Below the pieces are notes generated by a model, which made no database searches, had not been told where the DNA came from, and saw only the letters and a program-made list of their open reading frames with translations. A stretch of 64,000 nucleotides of DNA from Candidatus Latescibacterota bacterium (lineage in GTDB: Bacteria; Latescibacterota; UBA2968; UBA8231): assembly GCA_965242865.1 (NCBI GenBank), contig CBDETK010000013.1, forward strand, positions 2,848,001-2,912,000, read 5' to 3'. Each line of letters opens with the position of its first letter. Positions within the stretch are counted from its first letter, which is position 1. The translations under genes were made by a program, and so were the position numbers. Positions 28,226-37,259 of this stretch are shown here, one piece after another.

Positions 28226-29059
28226 ATGGTCACCGACCTCGAAAACTATCTCTTTGACCTGCGCGGCTACCTGCACTTAGAGGGCGCGCTGACCGCCGAC
28301 GAGGTCCAAGCGCTCAACGATTGCCTCAACGCCATCCCCCCGCTGGAGCCGGGCGACTGGTACGGCCACGTCCACGCCCACACGTACGGCACGGTGGATG
28401 GCCTCAACTTGCAGCAAATCTACGAGGCGGGCGAACCTTTTGAGCGGATGATCGACCATCCCGCTTGGCTCGAGAAAGTGCAGCACTTCGTCGGCGGCGA
28501 GGGCACGTTCGACCACGCCCACGGGCCGCTTTTCATCGACGAAAACTTTGCCAACTTCCGCCAACGAGGCGAGGCCATTGGCCTGCATTCCGGCGGCTAC
28601 CCGCCCATCATGCGCAACCAATTCCGCTACCACGGCGGACGCTACATGTGCGGCCAAATCAACATCCTCGTCGCGCTCACGGACATCGGCCCGGGCGACG
28701 GCGGCACCATGCTAATCCCCGGCAGCCACAAGTCCAATTTCGCGCACCCCCACTTAGAGCGGCATCGCATGCGGCCCGGCGGCGCGACCGTCGAGGGCAT
28801 TGCCGGTGCGGTCGAATGCTTTATGGCCCGAGGCGACGCCCTGCTCTTCGTCGATGGGCTCTCGCACGGCTCGGCCCGGCGCAATAACGAAGGCTCCCGC
28901 CGGATTTTCGTCTATCGCTACGGCCCCTCTTGGGGCAACTTCCGCCACGGCTACCACCCCTCGGACGAGCTGTTGGTGCGCTTGACGCCCGAGCGGCGGC
29001 AGATCGTCTGGCCGCAGCGGCCCCGGCCCCAAGGGCCGCAAAAAAAGGCCATTGAGTAA
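28226..29059 (+). CDS. PhyH-family Fe(II)/2-oxoglutarate oxygenase (HxG variant)
   Basis: YLFDLRGYL, LHSGG, ALTD..PGDGG...IPGSHK and GD.L.F...L.HG. GGAGG RBS. Confidence 0.88.
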   Translation: MVTDLENYLFDLRGYLHLEGALTADEVQALNDCLNAIPPLEPGDWYGHVHAHTYGTVDGLNLQQIYEAGEPFERMIDHPAWLEKVQHFVGGEGTFDHAHGPLFIDENFANFRQRGEAIGLHSGGYPPIMRNQFRYHGGRYMCGQINILVALTDIGPGDGGTMLIPGSHKSNFAHPHLERHRMRPGGATVEGIAGAVECFMARGDALLFVDGLSHGSARRNNEGSRRIFVYRYGPSWGNFRHGYHPSDELLVRLTPERRQIVWPQRPRPQGPQKKAIE

Positions 29060-29062
29060 GCT

Positions 29063-29944
29063 ATGAAAGGCATCATTCTCGCCGGCGGCGCTGGCACGCG
29101 CCTTTACCCTTTGACCGTATCGGTCTCCAAGCAGCTGCTGCCGATCTTTGACAAGCCGATGATTTACTACCCGCTGTCGGTGTTCATGCTGGCCGATATC
29201 CGCGAGATCCTCATCATCTCCAGCCCAGAGCACACCGCGCTCTACCGCCAGCTCTTCGGCGATGGCGAGCGGCTGGGGTTGCGCATTGAATACGCAGTCC
29301 AGCCGCGGCCCGAGGGCGTGGCCCACGCCTTTGTCGTGGGGGCGGATTTTGCCGGCCGCGACCCCTGTGCCTTGATATTCGGCGACAACTTCCTCTACGG
29401 GCACGGGCTGACTGCGATTCTACAGCGCGCCAGCCAACTGCGGGAGGGCGGATTGGTTTTCGCGTACTACGTGAGCGACCCCACGCGCTACGGGATCGTC
29501 GAGTTCGACGGAGCGGGCCACCCCAGCCGCATTGTAGAGAAGCCGCAAACCCCCCAGTCCAACTACGCGGTCATCGGCCTTTACTTTTACGATGGCGAGG
29601 TCGTCGACATCGTCCGCGGCCTCGAGCCTTCGGCCCGCGGCGAGCTGGAAATCACCGATGTCAACAACGAGTACCTGCGCCGCCAGCAGCTCAAGGTCAA
29701 AGTGTTGGGACGAGGCTTCGCTTGGTTCGACACCGGGACGCACGAGAGCCTCCTAGAGGCCAGTGACTTCGTCCAAACCATTGAGCACCGGCAGGGGCTT
29801 AAAGTGGGCTGCATTGAGGAAATAGCGTACCGCAAGGGCTACATTGGCGCGGACCAGCTCCTCCGCATCGCCCATTACTCCAAAGACAATGCGTATTGTC
29901 TCTACCTGAAGGCCCTCGTCGAACAGCCCGGGCCGACGTTCTGA
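29063..29944 (+). CDS. rmlA: Glucose-1-phosphate thymidylyltransferase
   Basis: MKGIILAGG.GTRLYP.T..VSKQLLP..DKPMIYYPL, PS.RGELEITD and RGFAW.DTGT. Confidence 0.96.
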   Translation: MKGIILAGGAGTRLYPLTVSVSKQLLPIFDKPMIYYPLSVFMLADIREILIISSPEHTALYRQLFGDGERLGLRIEYAVQPRPEGVAHAFVVGADFAGRDPCALIFGDNFLYGHGLTAILQRASQLREGGLVFAYYVSDPTRYGIVEFDGAGHPSRIVEKPQTPQSNYAVIGLYFYDGEVVDIVRGLEPSARGELEITDVNNEYLRRQQLKVKVLGRGFAWFDTGTHESLLEASDFVQTIEHRQGLKVGCIEEIAYRKGYIGADQLLRIAHYSKDNAYCLYLKALVEQPGPTF

Positions 29945-29950
29945 CGCCTT

Positions 29951-29978
29951 TTGACTTATCGGCCCACCGCCATACTTT
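29951..29978 (+). promoter_or_regulatory. Possible sigma70-type promoter for oadGBA
   Basis: TTGACT-16 bp-TACTTT upstream of oadG. Confidence 0.3.
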
Positions 29979-30011
29979 AATGTTTTTCACCTTCCACCCA
30001 GCCATTTAGAC

Positions 30012-30260
30012 ATGAAGCAACTCGCACTTGACAACCCCGTCGCCCAGGGATTAGACCTGGCCTTTGTGGGCATGAGCATCGTCTTTACCGCCTTGGTATT
30101 GGTCAGCGTCTTTATTGATGCTTTGCCGCGGATTCTCGCCGCGATCAACCCGCATATCCCCCCAGCCCAGCTCCACACGCAGAGCCAGAGCAAAGAAACC
30201 AACGCCGCGGCCATCGCCGCCATCAGCGTTGCCTTGCACGCGCGACGCCAAGGCGACTAA
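30012..30260 (+). CDS. oadG: Na+-translocating decarboxylase gamma subunit
   Basis: Single TM G...AFVGM.IVF..L..., then AAAIAAI. Confidence 0.85.
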   Translation: MKQLALDNPVAQGLDLAFVGMSIVFTALVLVSVFIDALPRILAAINPHIPPAQLHTQSQSKETNAAAIAAISVALHARRQGD

Positions 30261-30266
30261 GCGGCC

Positions 30267-31394
30267 ATGGCGATTCTCCTCGAATTCCTCACCACCACGG
30301 CCGTGGCCAACATGTCGGGCGGCAACCTGTTGATGCTGGCGATCGGCGCGGTCTTCATCCTCCTCGCCATCCGCAAAGACTACGAGCCGCTGCTGCTGCT
30401 GCCGATCGGCTTCGGCTGCATCGTCGGCAATATCCCGTCTATCGCCAGCATGGCCATCGGCGTGTACGACGAAGGCAGCGTGCTCTACTACATCTACTTC
30501 GGCGTCAGCCAAGGGATCTTTCCGCCGCTTATCTTTCTCGGCATCGGCGCGATGACCGACTTTTCGACCATGCTCTCCAGCCCCCGGCTGGTGCTGCTGG
30601 GCGCAGCCGCGCAAACGGGCATTTTCCTCACCCTGATCGGTGCGCTGTACCTAGGCTTCACCCCGGCCGAGGCCGGGGCCATTGGCATTATCGGCGGCGC
30701 CGACGGGCCAACGGCGATCTTCCTCGCGGCCAAGCTGGCACCCCACCTGTTGGGAGCTATCGCCATCGCCGCGTATTCCTACATGGCCCTCGTGCCCGTC
30801 ATCCAACCGCCGGTGATGAAACTGCTGACCACGCGCCGCGAGCGGCTGATCCGCATGAAGCCCCCACGCGAGGTCTCGCAGCGCGAAAAGATCATCTTTC
30901 CCATCGCCGCCTTTCTCATCTGCGCCCTCCTCGCCCCGGGCGCGATCGGCCTGATCGGCATGCTGTGCTTAGGCAATCTGCTCAAGGAAAGCGGCGTCAC
31001 CGAGCGCTTGGCCCAGACCGCCCGCACCGCGCTGGTCGATATCGTCACCATTCTCCTCGGGTTTTCGGTCGGCTGCTCAACCCACGCCCAGACCTTTCTC
31101 ACGCCCCAGTCGGTGCTCATTTTCAGCCTCGGCGCCCTGTCCTTTGCAATCGCCACGGCCACCGGCGTACTCTTCGCCAAGTTTTTGAACCTCTTCACCC
31201 AAGACAAAATCAATCCCCTCGTCGGCGCGGCCGGGGTCTCGGCCGTGCCGGACTCGGCCCGCGTAGTGCAGATGATGGGCCAGCAGGAAGACCCCAACAA
31301 CTACCTCCTGATGCACGCGATGGCCCCCAATGTCGCCGGCGTCATCGGCTCGGCTGTCGGCGCCGGCGTCTTGTGGGCGGTGCTGGTGGGATAG
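30267..31394 (+). CDS. oadB: Na+-translocating decarboxylase beta subunit
   Basis: EPLLLLPIGFG, FPPLIFLGIGAMTDF, IGIIGGADGPT, GVSAVP and MAPNVAGVIGS. Confidence 0.96.
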   Translation: MAILLEFLTTTAVANMSGGNLLMLAIGAVFILLAIRKDYEPLLLLPIGFGCIVGNIPSIASMAIGVYDEGSVLYYIYFGVSQGIFPPLIFLGIGAMTDFSTMLSSPRLVLLGAAAQTGIFLTLIGALYLGFTPAEAGAIGIIGGADGPTAIFLAAKLAPHLLGAIAIAAYSYMALVPVIQPPVMKLLTTRRERLIRMKPPREVSQREKIIFPIAAFLICALLAPGAIGLIGMLCLGNLLKESGVTERLAQTARTALVDIVTILLGFSVGCSTHAQTFLTPQSVLIFSLGALSFAIATATGVLFAKFLNLFTQDKINPLVGAAGVSAVPDSARVVQMMGQQEDPNNYLLMHAMAPNVAGVIGSAVGAGVLWAVLVG

Positions 31395-31411
31395 ACAACG
31401 AGGATGCAACC

Positions 31412-33211
31412 GTGAGCAAGAAGAAAGTTCGCTTCATGTGTACCGCCTTCCGAGACGGCTTTCAGTCGGTCTATGGAGCGCGCGTTTTCACGTCCGATTT
31501 TCTGCCCGCGGTCGCTGCGGCGAAGGAAGCTGGCATCAACTACTTTGAGGCCGGCGGCGGCGCTTGTTTCCAGTCGTTCTACTTCTACTGCGGCGAAGAC
31601 GCCTTTGCCGCGATGGACGCCTTTCGCGCAACGGCCGGCCCAGACGCCGAATTACAGACCTTGGCGCGGGGAGTCAATGTGGTCGGCCTCGAATCGCAGC
31701 CGAGCGACATCATCAAGCTCCACGCCGAGCTCTTCAAAAAGCACGGCATCACCACCATCCGCAATTTCGACGCGCTCAACGACGTCGATAACCTCATCTA
31801 CTCGGGGCAGTGCATTGTGGATGCCGGGCTCAACCACCAAGTCTGCATCACCCTGATGGAGCTGCCGCCGGGCTGCTCCGGTGCCCACGACGCGGCCTTC
31901 TACGCCCATACCTTGCGCCAGATACTAGACGCCGGCATCCCGTACGACTCGGTCTGCTTTAAGGACGCTTCGGGCACGGCCGTGCCCTCCAAAGTCCATG
32001 AGACCATTTCCCAAGCGCGTCGCCTGCTGCCCGAGGGCACCTTCATCCACTTCCACACCCACGAAACGGCCGGCATTGGCGTCAGCGCCAACCTGGCCGC
32101 CCTCGACGCGGGGGCCGACGCCATCGACCTGTCCATGGCCCCTTGCTCCGGCGGCACCTGCCAGCCCGACATCATCGTCATGTGGCACGCGCTGCGCGGC
32201 TCCGATTACGATCTCGACATCGACGTCGACAAGATCCGCGAGGCCGAGGAAGTCTTTAAGGAGCGCATGGCCTCCTACTTCCTGCCCCCCGAAGCGGTGG
32301 CGGTCGAGCCGATGATTCCTTGGAGCCCCATGCCCGGCGGCGCCCTGACGGCCAACACCCAGATGCTGCGCGACAACGGCATCATGGACAAGTACCCAGA
32401 CATGATCAAGGCCATGCGCGAGGTCGTCGAAAAGGGCGGGTTCGGCACCTCGGTGACGCCGGTCTCGCAATTTTACTTTCAGCAGGCTTTTAACAACGTC
32501 ATGTTCGGCCCTTGGGAGCGGATCGCCGCGCCCTACGGCCAAATGGTCTTGGGCTACTTTGGCAAGACGCCCGTCGCGCCCGACCCCTCGGTCGTGGAGA
32601 TCGCGGCCCAACAACTCGAGCTAGAGCCAACGACCCAAAAGCCGCTCGCCCGCAACGACGCCGACCCGAACAAAGGCGTCGAACCGGCCCGCAACCAACT
32701 GCGGGAAGCCGGCCTCCCCGAGACGGACGAAAACATTTTCATCGTCGCCACCTGCCAAGACAAGGGCCTTGCCTTCCTCAAGGGCGAAGGCGAGATCGGG
32801 GTGCGCAAGATAGAAAAGGATTTACAAGAACCCCCCCCGGCCGACGGGCCGGCGCGCTATGAGGTCACCGTGGATGGCCGCCGCTATGCCGTAGCCATTG
32901 ACGGCGACACAGCCACTGTGGATGGCCGCCGCTTCCAAGTCAGCTTGGACCCAGCCACAGACGCGGCCGCTGTCCCGCCGACCCCCAAGGCCCAAGACAG
33001 CACTCCGGTACAAGCCCAGATGCCCGGGAAAGTAATCCGCCACCTCGTCCAAGTCGGTGCCTCCGTCCAAACGGGCGATGGCATCATAGTGCTCGAAGCC
33101 ATGAAGATGGAAATGCCGGTAACAGCACCCGTCGGCGGCACGGTGGCCGATATTTTGGTCCAGGCCGGGGATCAGGTGGCCGACGGACAGGTGCTGGCGC
33201 ACATACGCTGA
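31412..33211 (+). CDS. oadA: Oxaloacetate decarboxylase alpha subunit (carboxyltransferase + biotinyl domain)
   Basis: GTG start after GAGG. RDGFQS, FDALND, KDASG, HTHET, MPGG, VTPVSQ and biotin motif EAMKM. Confidence 0.92.
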   Translation: MSKKKVRFMCTAFRDGFQSVYGARVFTSDFLPAVAAAKEAGINYFEAGGGACFQSFYFYCGEDAFAAMDAFRATAGPDAELQTLARGVNVVGLESQPSDIIKLHAELFKKHGITTIRNFDALNDVDNLIYSGQCIVDAGLNHQVCITLMELPPGCSGAHDAAFYAHTLRQILDAGIPYDSVCFKDASGTAVPSKVHETISQARRLLPEGTFIHFHTHETAGIGVSANLAALDAGADAIDLSMAPCSGGTCQPDIIVMWHALRGSDYDLDIDVDKIREAEEVFKERMASYFLPPEAVAVEPMIPWSPMPGGALTANTQMLRDNGIMDKYPDMIKAMREVVEKGGFGTSVTPVSQFYFQQAFNNVMFGPWERIAAPYGQMVLGYFGKTPVAPDPSVVEIAAQQLELEPTTQKPLARNDADPNKGVEPARNQLREAGLPETDENIFIVATCQDKGLAFLKGEGEIGVRKIEKDLQEPPPADGPARYEVTVDGRRYAVAIDGDTATVDGRRFQVSLDPATDAAAVPPTPKAQDSTPVQAQMPGKVIRHLVQVGASVQTGDGIIVLEAMKMEMPVTAPVGGTVADILVQAGDQVADGQVLAHIR

Positions 33212-33278
33212 TAACTGATAACCGCTCCACAGCGGACCAACCCGTCCCTACGGCTTATCAAAACGACTATTATGGATC

Positions 33279-33752
33279 GTGGAACAAACGGTTTACATTG
33301 AGACATCGATTTTTAGCTTCTACTATGAGCGTCGTACTGAACCAGCAGCTATTGCGATGCGCGACTGGACACGTCAATGGTGGGATCGGTGCCGCTCTCA
33401 TTACCTAATATCGACCAGCACAGCCGTTCTGGCTGAATTGGATGCTGGTAATCTGTCACATCGAGATGACGCTTTACGTTTGGCTGCTACTCTGCCGGCC
33501 ATTCCAGCCGGGGACGAGATCGGCGAGATTGTAGAGGTCTATATTCAGCATCATCTGATGCCGCGTAATCCTCTTGGAGATGCCTTGCATCTGGCTTTGG
33601 CATCATTTTATAAATTTGATTATCTCCTCACTTGGAACTGTGTGCATCTTGCCAATGCCAATAAAATTGGACACATCCGTCGCATCAATGCACTATTGGG
33701 CTTACATGTGCCAATTTTGACAACACCCCTAGAACTGATGGGAGGTGAATAG
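33279..33752 (+). CDS. PIN-domain (VapC-like) toxin
   Basis: VYIETS, S..V..E, DALHLA.A and LLTWN..H.AN. Lower GC. Confidence 0.85.
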   Translation: MEQTVYIETSIFSFYYERRTEPAAIAMRDWTRQWWDRCRSHYLISTSTAVLAELDAGNLSHRDDALRLAATLPAIPAGDEIGEIVEVYIQHHLMPRNPLGDALHLALASFYKFDYLLTWNCVHLANANKIGHIRRINALLGLHVPILTTPLELMGGE

Positions 33753-33754
33753 TC

Positions 33755-33949
33755 ATGGATACCTATCGAGAATTGATTGACAGCATACGAGAGAGCCGAA
33801 GGCGAATGTCAGAGGAATGCAACCATGATCCGGCCAGATACCTAGCGTATTTGCAGTCTTTCAATGCCAGATATTCAAAGCAAATTGAATCATTTCAAAA
33901 ACTGCGTGATTCTGCTCATGCGGAAAATTTGATGTCTTCGTCAGAATAA
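33755..33949 (+). CDS. Small putative antitoxin downstream of the PIN gene
   Basis: 64 aa, 2 bp after the PIN stop, GGAGG RBS. I..IR..R..MS.E..HD pattern. Confidence 0.6.
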   Translation: MDTYRELIDSIRESRRRMSEECNHDPARYLAYLQSFNARYSKQIESFQKLRDSAHAENLMSSSE

Positions 33950-33987
33950 GGCCTCCTTGCCAAGAACGAGCAACCCAAAAACGCTGC

Positions 33988-34695
33988 TCATGCCCTTACA
34001 TCTCCGACCCACACCTCGCGTCGCGTCCCATCGTCTTCGCGCAGCAGCAGTTGCCCGGCGGGGCCAAAGCCCAGCACCACGCCCGTATGGCCGCCGACTG
34101 CGACGTATTGGCCCAAGTTGGCGCAGTGCGACTCCCACGGCGCACTCAGCGCAGCAAAGCCGCCTTTTTCCCAGCGTCCGATCCACACCTGCAAATGCGC
34201 CAGCAGCTCGCCCAAGGCCCCCTCTACCGTGCGCTCGGCTCCGGTCTCGACCCGCAGCGAGGTGGCGGGCTGGGCGATGGACGCGGCCTCGTCGGCATCC
34301 ATGTTGACGTTGAGGCCGATTCCGAGGACCACCCCTGTACAGCGCTCGGCCAAAATGCCGCAAATTTTGCGGCCGCCCACGAGCACATCGTTGGGCCACT
34401 TGGTCTGCGCCGCCAAGCCATTTTCTTTTAGATAAGCTACCGCGCCCAAGGCCGCAGCTTGCGGCAGCGACAGGAGCTGCAAGGGCGACGCATCGGGCCG
34501 CAACAGCGCGGAAAAGGTCAAGTTGCGACCGGGCCGGGCGAGCCATTGCCGCTCGTAGCGGCCCCGGCCAGCGGTCTGGGACCGGGCCGCTAGCACGAAG
34601 CCATCGGGCAGGTTGCGACCCGTGCGCAGCCACTCGATCAAGGTTGTATTGGTCGAGGGCAATTCGTCGTGCCACTGGGGTTTTTGGAATCGCAT
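33988..34695 (-). CDS. birA: Biotin-protein ligase (monofunctional, no HTH)
   Basis: STN, QTAGRGR..R.W, KWPNDV..G.KI.GIL.E and GIGLNV. Confidence 0.94.
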   Translation of the reverse strand: MRFQKPQWHDELPSTNTTLIEWLRTGRNLPDGFVLAARSQTAGRGRYERQWLARPGRNLTFSALLRPDASPLQLLSLPQAAALGAVAYLKENGLAAQTKWPNDVLVGGRKICGILAERCTGVVLGIGLNVNMDADEAASIAQPATSLRVETGAERTVEGALGELLAHLQVWIGRWEKGGFAALSAPWESHCANLGQYVAVGGHTGVVLGFGPAGQLLLREDDGTRREVWVGDVRA

Positions 34696-34755
34696 CGTTT
34701 GATAATATAATATCTATGTTGGTATTTTTGCCTTTTAACGATCGGAGCCAATCTC

Positions 34756-36120
34756 ATGCCTGTTTCTAGACGCCAATTTCTCAAAAGTGCCGCAGCCGTT
34801 TCCGTCGGTTTTGCCGGCCTCCATCGCCACCTTGCTTGGGGCGATTCTGCACGCGCAAACCGCTTTGGGCCGCTCGTGCGCGACCCCGCAGGCATCCTCG
34901 ACCTGCCCGAAGGATTTAGCTATCGGATTCTCTCGCGCGTCGGCCAAGCCATGGACGACGGCCTGCGGGTGCCGGGCGCAGCCGACGGGATGGCCGCTTT
35001 TCCCGGGGCCGAGGGCCGCGTCGTTTTGGTGCGCAACCACGAGTTGAGCAGCGGGGCGCGGGAGGCCGGGGCCTTTGGCGACGCCAACGAGGCGTTGGGC
35101 AAGCTGCCCAAAGAAGATCTGTACGATTGGGGGCACGGCGAGCTGCCGGGCTTGGGCGGCACCACAACCGTCGTGTACAACCCACAAACCGGCGCAGTGG
35201 AGCGGGAATTTCTCAGCTTGGCTGGCACGGCCATCAACTGCGCTGGCGGCCCGACCCCGTGGCATAGCTGGGTTAGTTGCGAAGAGACGACCCAGCGGAT
35301 GGACGCGCCGATCGAAAAAGACCACGGCTACAACTTCGAGGTTCCCGCGACCACAGCAATCCGCCGCGCCGCGCCAGTGCCACTCAAGGCCATGGGGCGC
35401 TTCAGGCACGAGGCCATCGCCGTTGATCCCCGCTCGGGCATCGTCTATCAGACCGAAGATACGGACGACGGCTTGATTTACCGCTACATCCCCGACGCCC
35501 CGGGCAAACTAACGGCTGGCCGGCTGCAAGCCTTGGCCGCAATTGACCATCCGAGCTTGGATACCCGCAACTGGGAAAAAGAGCTGGTGCGCCGAGGCGA
35601 GCCGCTCGCCGTGCGCTGGGTCGATATAGAAAACGTCGAGTCGCCGGGCGACGATTTGCGCTTGCAGGGATTTGACGGCAAGGGCTGCGCCCGCTTTGCC
35701 CGCGGCGAGGGCATGTGGTATGGCCGCGAGGCGATTTACTTTGCTTGCACCAGCGGCGGCCGCCAAAAGAAAGGGCAGATTTTCCGCTACCAGCCTAGCT
35801 CTGACGAGAGCCAAGCCCCGGGGACGCTCGAACTGTTCGTCGAGCCAAACGATGGCGATCTAGTCGACAACGCCGACAACCTCACGGTCTCGCCTTTTGG
35901 CGATTTGATAGTCTGCGAGGACGGCAGCGGGGACAACAACTTGGTCGGCGTAACGCCCGCTGGCCAGATTTACCGCTTCGGGCACAATCGCATGAACGAG
36001 TCCGAATTCGCCGGCGCGACCTTCTCGCCCGACGGGCACGTGCTCTTCGTCAATATCCAGCACCCCGGGACCACACTGGCCATCTACGGCCCTTGGGATC
36101 AGCGGCGGTCTGACGGTTAG
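34756..36120 (+). CDS. phoX: PhoX-family alkaline phosphatase, Tat-exported
   Basis: SRRQFLK Tat signal. LVRNHE, NCAGG.TPW..W.SCEE, GRF.HEA, R.EG, DN.T..P.G....CED and NIQHPG. Confidence 0.92.
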   Translation: MPVSRRQFLKSAAAVSVGFAGLHRHLAWGDSARANRFGPLVRDPAGILDLPEGFSYRILSRVGQAMDDGLRVPGAADGMAAFPGAEGRVVLVRNHELSSGAREAGAFGDANEALGKLPKEDLYDWGHGELPGLGGTTTVVYNPQTGAVEREFLSLAGTAINCAGGPTPWHSWVSCEETTQRMDAPIEKDHGYNFEVPATTAIRRAAPVPLKAMGRFRHEAIAVDPRSGIVYQTEDTDDGLIYRYIPDAPGKLTAGRLQALAAIDHPSLDTRNWEKELVRRGEPLAVRWVDIENVESPGDDLRLQGFDGKGCARFARGEGMWYGREAIYFACTSGGRQKKGQIFRYQPSSDESQAPGTLELFVEPNDGDLVDNADNLTVSPFGDLIVCEDGSGDNNLVGVTPAGQIYRFGHNRMNESEFAGATFSPDGHVLFVNIQHPGTTLAIYGPWDQRRSDG

Positions 36121-36301
36121 CTCTTCAGGCCAACATGCTCGTTCCGTGAAAACGGAAGCACTTGAATAGGTTAGGCTCCCTTTGTATTTTCTTTGGGCCG
36201 CCCTGAAATGACAGGGCCTGTAGCGGGTTAGGCATATATGACACCCTCCTTTAGAGAAAGGCGGTTGATTTGCTCACGCAAAATCCCGGACAGATGTCTA
36301 A

Positions 36302-36568
36302 ATGGATACTTATATTGTTACTTTTGAAGTAGATGACTCTAGGCAAGAGCCCCTAAGAGATCAACTAAAGAAGTTTGGTTCTTATTGTCCTATTCACGGT
36401 AACTGCTGGGCCATTATATCGGATAAACCTCCTGCCGAAATTAGAAATTTTCTAGCCGAGGCTCTTTCCGATCAGGACCGTATCTTTGTCATTCGATCCG
36501 GGACATATTCTGCGTGGAGGAATGCCTATAGTGAAAAACATAGTGACTGGTTAAAGGAAAAATTGTAA
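36302..36568 (+). CDS. Small ferredoxin-fold-like protein (Cas2/VapD-like)
   Basis: 88 aa. YIVTFEV start, W.I.S, D..DRIFV and W...WL end. AT-rich. Confidence 0.55.
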   Translation: MDTYIVTFEVDDSRQEPLRDQLKKFGSYCPIHGNCWAIISDKPPAEIRNFLAEALSDQDRIFVIRSGTYSAWRNAYSEKHSDWLKEKL

Positions 36569-36981
36569 TGGCTTCACTTCCCCCTCTACCCCCACATGAC
36601 GAAGAAAGTCTTCCAGTAAGACGAGGTAGAGTCGACTCGGTTGATTTATTTGAGGTCAAAGAAGGAGAGTTAGAAAAAATAGAATCAGGATTGAAAGATA
36701 CGCCGTTGGATTTGTCCTATGCAAGCATACTCCTTTCATCTGGACTTACATGTATAGGGTCATTGGCGACCTCTGATTTTAAGTGGGAGATAGCAAAATT
36801 TCTGTACGTATCCATTGCGTTCTTCGGCCCGATCTTTAGTATTTATTTTTTCTTTCGCTGGCGGAGTAAAAGATCTTCTAACGCTAGTGTTATAGACACG
36901 ATTAAAAAGAGAATTGAGACCAAGAACGGAGGTTCAAAAGATCGACCATCCGATGAGAACACCCCTTCCTTTTTGGGATGA
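36568..36981 (+). CDS. Two-TM membrane protein, translationally coupled to the upstream gene
   Basis: TAATG stop/start overlap. Two hydrophobic segments followed by a basic tail. Confidence 0.65.
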   Translation: MASLPPLPPHDEESLPVRRGRVDSVDLFEVKEGELEKIESGLKDTPLDLSYASILLSSGLTCIGSLATSDFKWEIAKFLYVSIAFFGPIFSIYFFFRWRSKRSSNASVIDTIKKRIETKNGGSKDRPSDENTPSFLG

Positions 36982-37259
36982 GAGAGGCTCTTTCCTCCTA
37001 GGCTATTTTCAAACGAATACACTACCGAATTTTCTCTTAGGGCTAGGCTACCCGCGCCCGCGTCCGGCAGACGATACAGTGCTGTGTAGTATTCGACACA
37101 TGCTTCTTGCGGTACGTGCTCGTCTTCTTCTGAGAAATGGGAGCGCGAAGCGTTGGTACGCCAATTGCAAGAGTCTTGGACCGGCTGTTCCGACGAGTTA
37201 TATTTTTCGTGCGAGACGCCACCACGCTCCAAGCCTCTAATGCAAAGGAAGTTCACTTG

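Noticed and set aside
29063-29944. O-antigen/rhamnose cluster
   Set aside because: rmlA stands alone, with no rmlBCD or glycosyltransferase genes nearby.
30965-31411. N-terminal extension of the 748-aa oadA ORF
   Set aside because: It overlaps oadB in another frame. The real start is most likely GTG 31412 with an RBS. The same reasoning trims the ORFs called at 14511, 37137, 59435 and 63754.
36302-36568. CRISPR-Cas locus suggested by the Cas2-like protein
   Set aside because: No cas1 or other cas genes, and no repeat-spacer array seen anywhere in the window.
36985-37255. Possible ncRNA or small gene upstream of res
   Set aside because: No convincing structure, RBS or motif in any frame; it may be a gene remnant.
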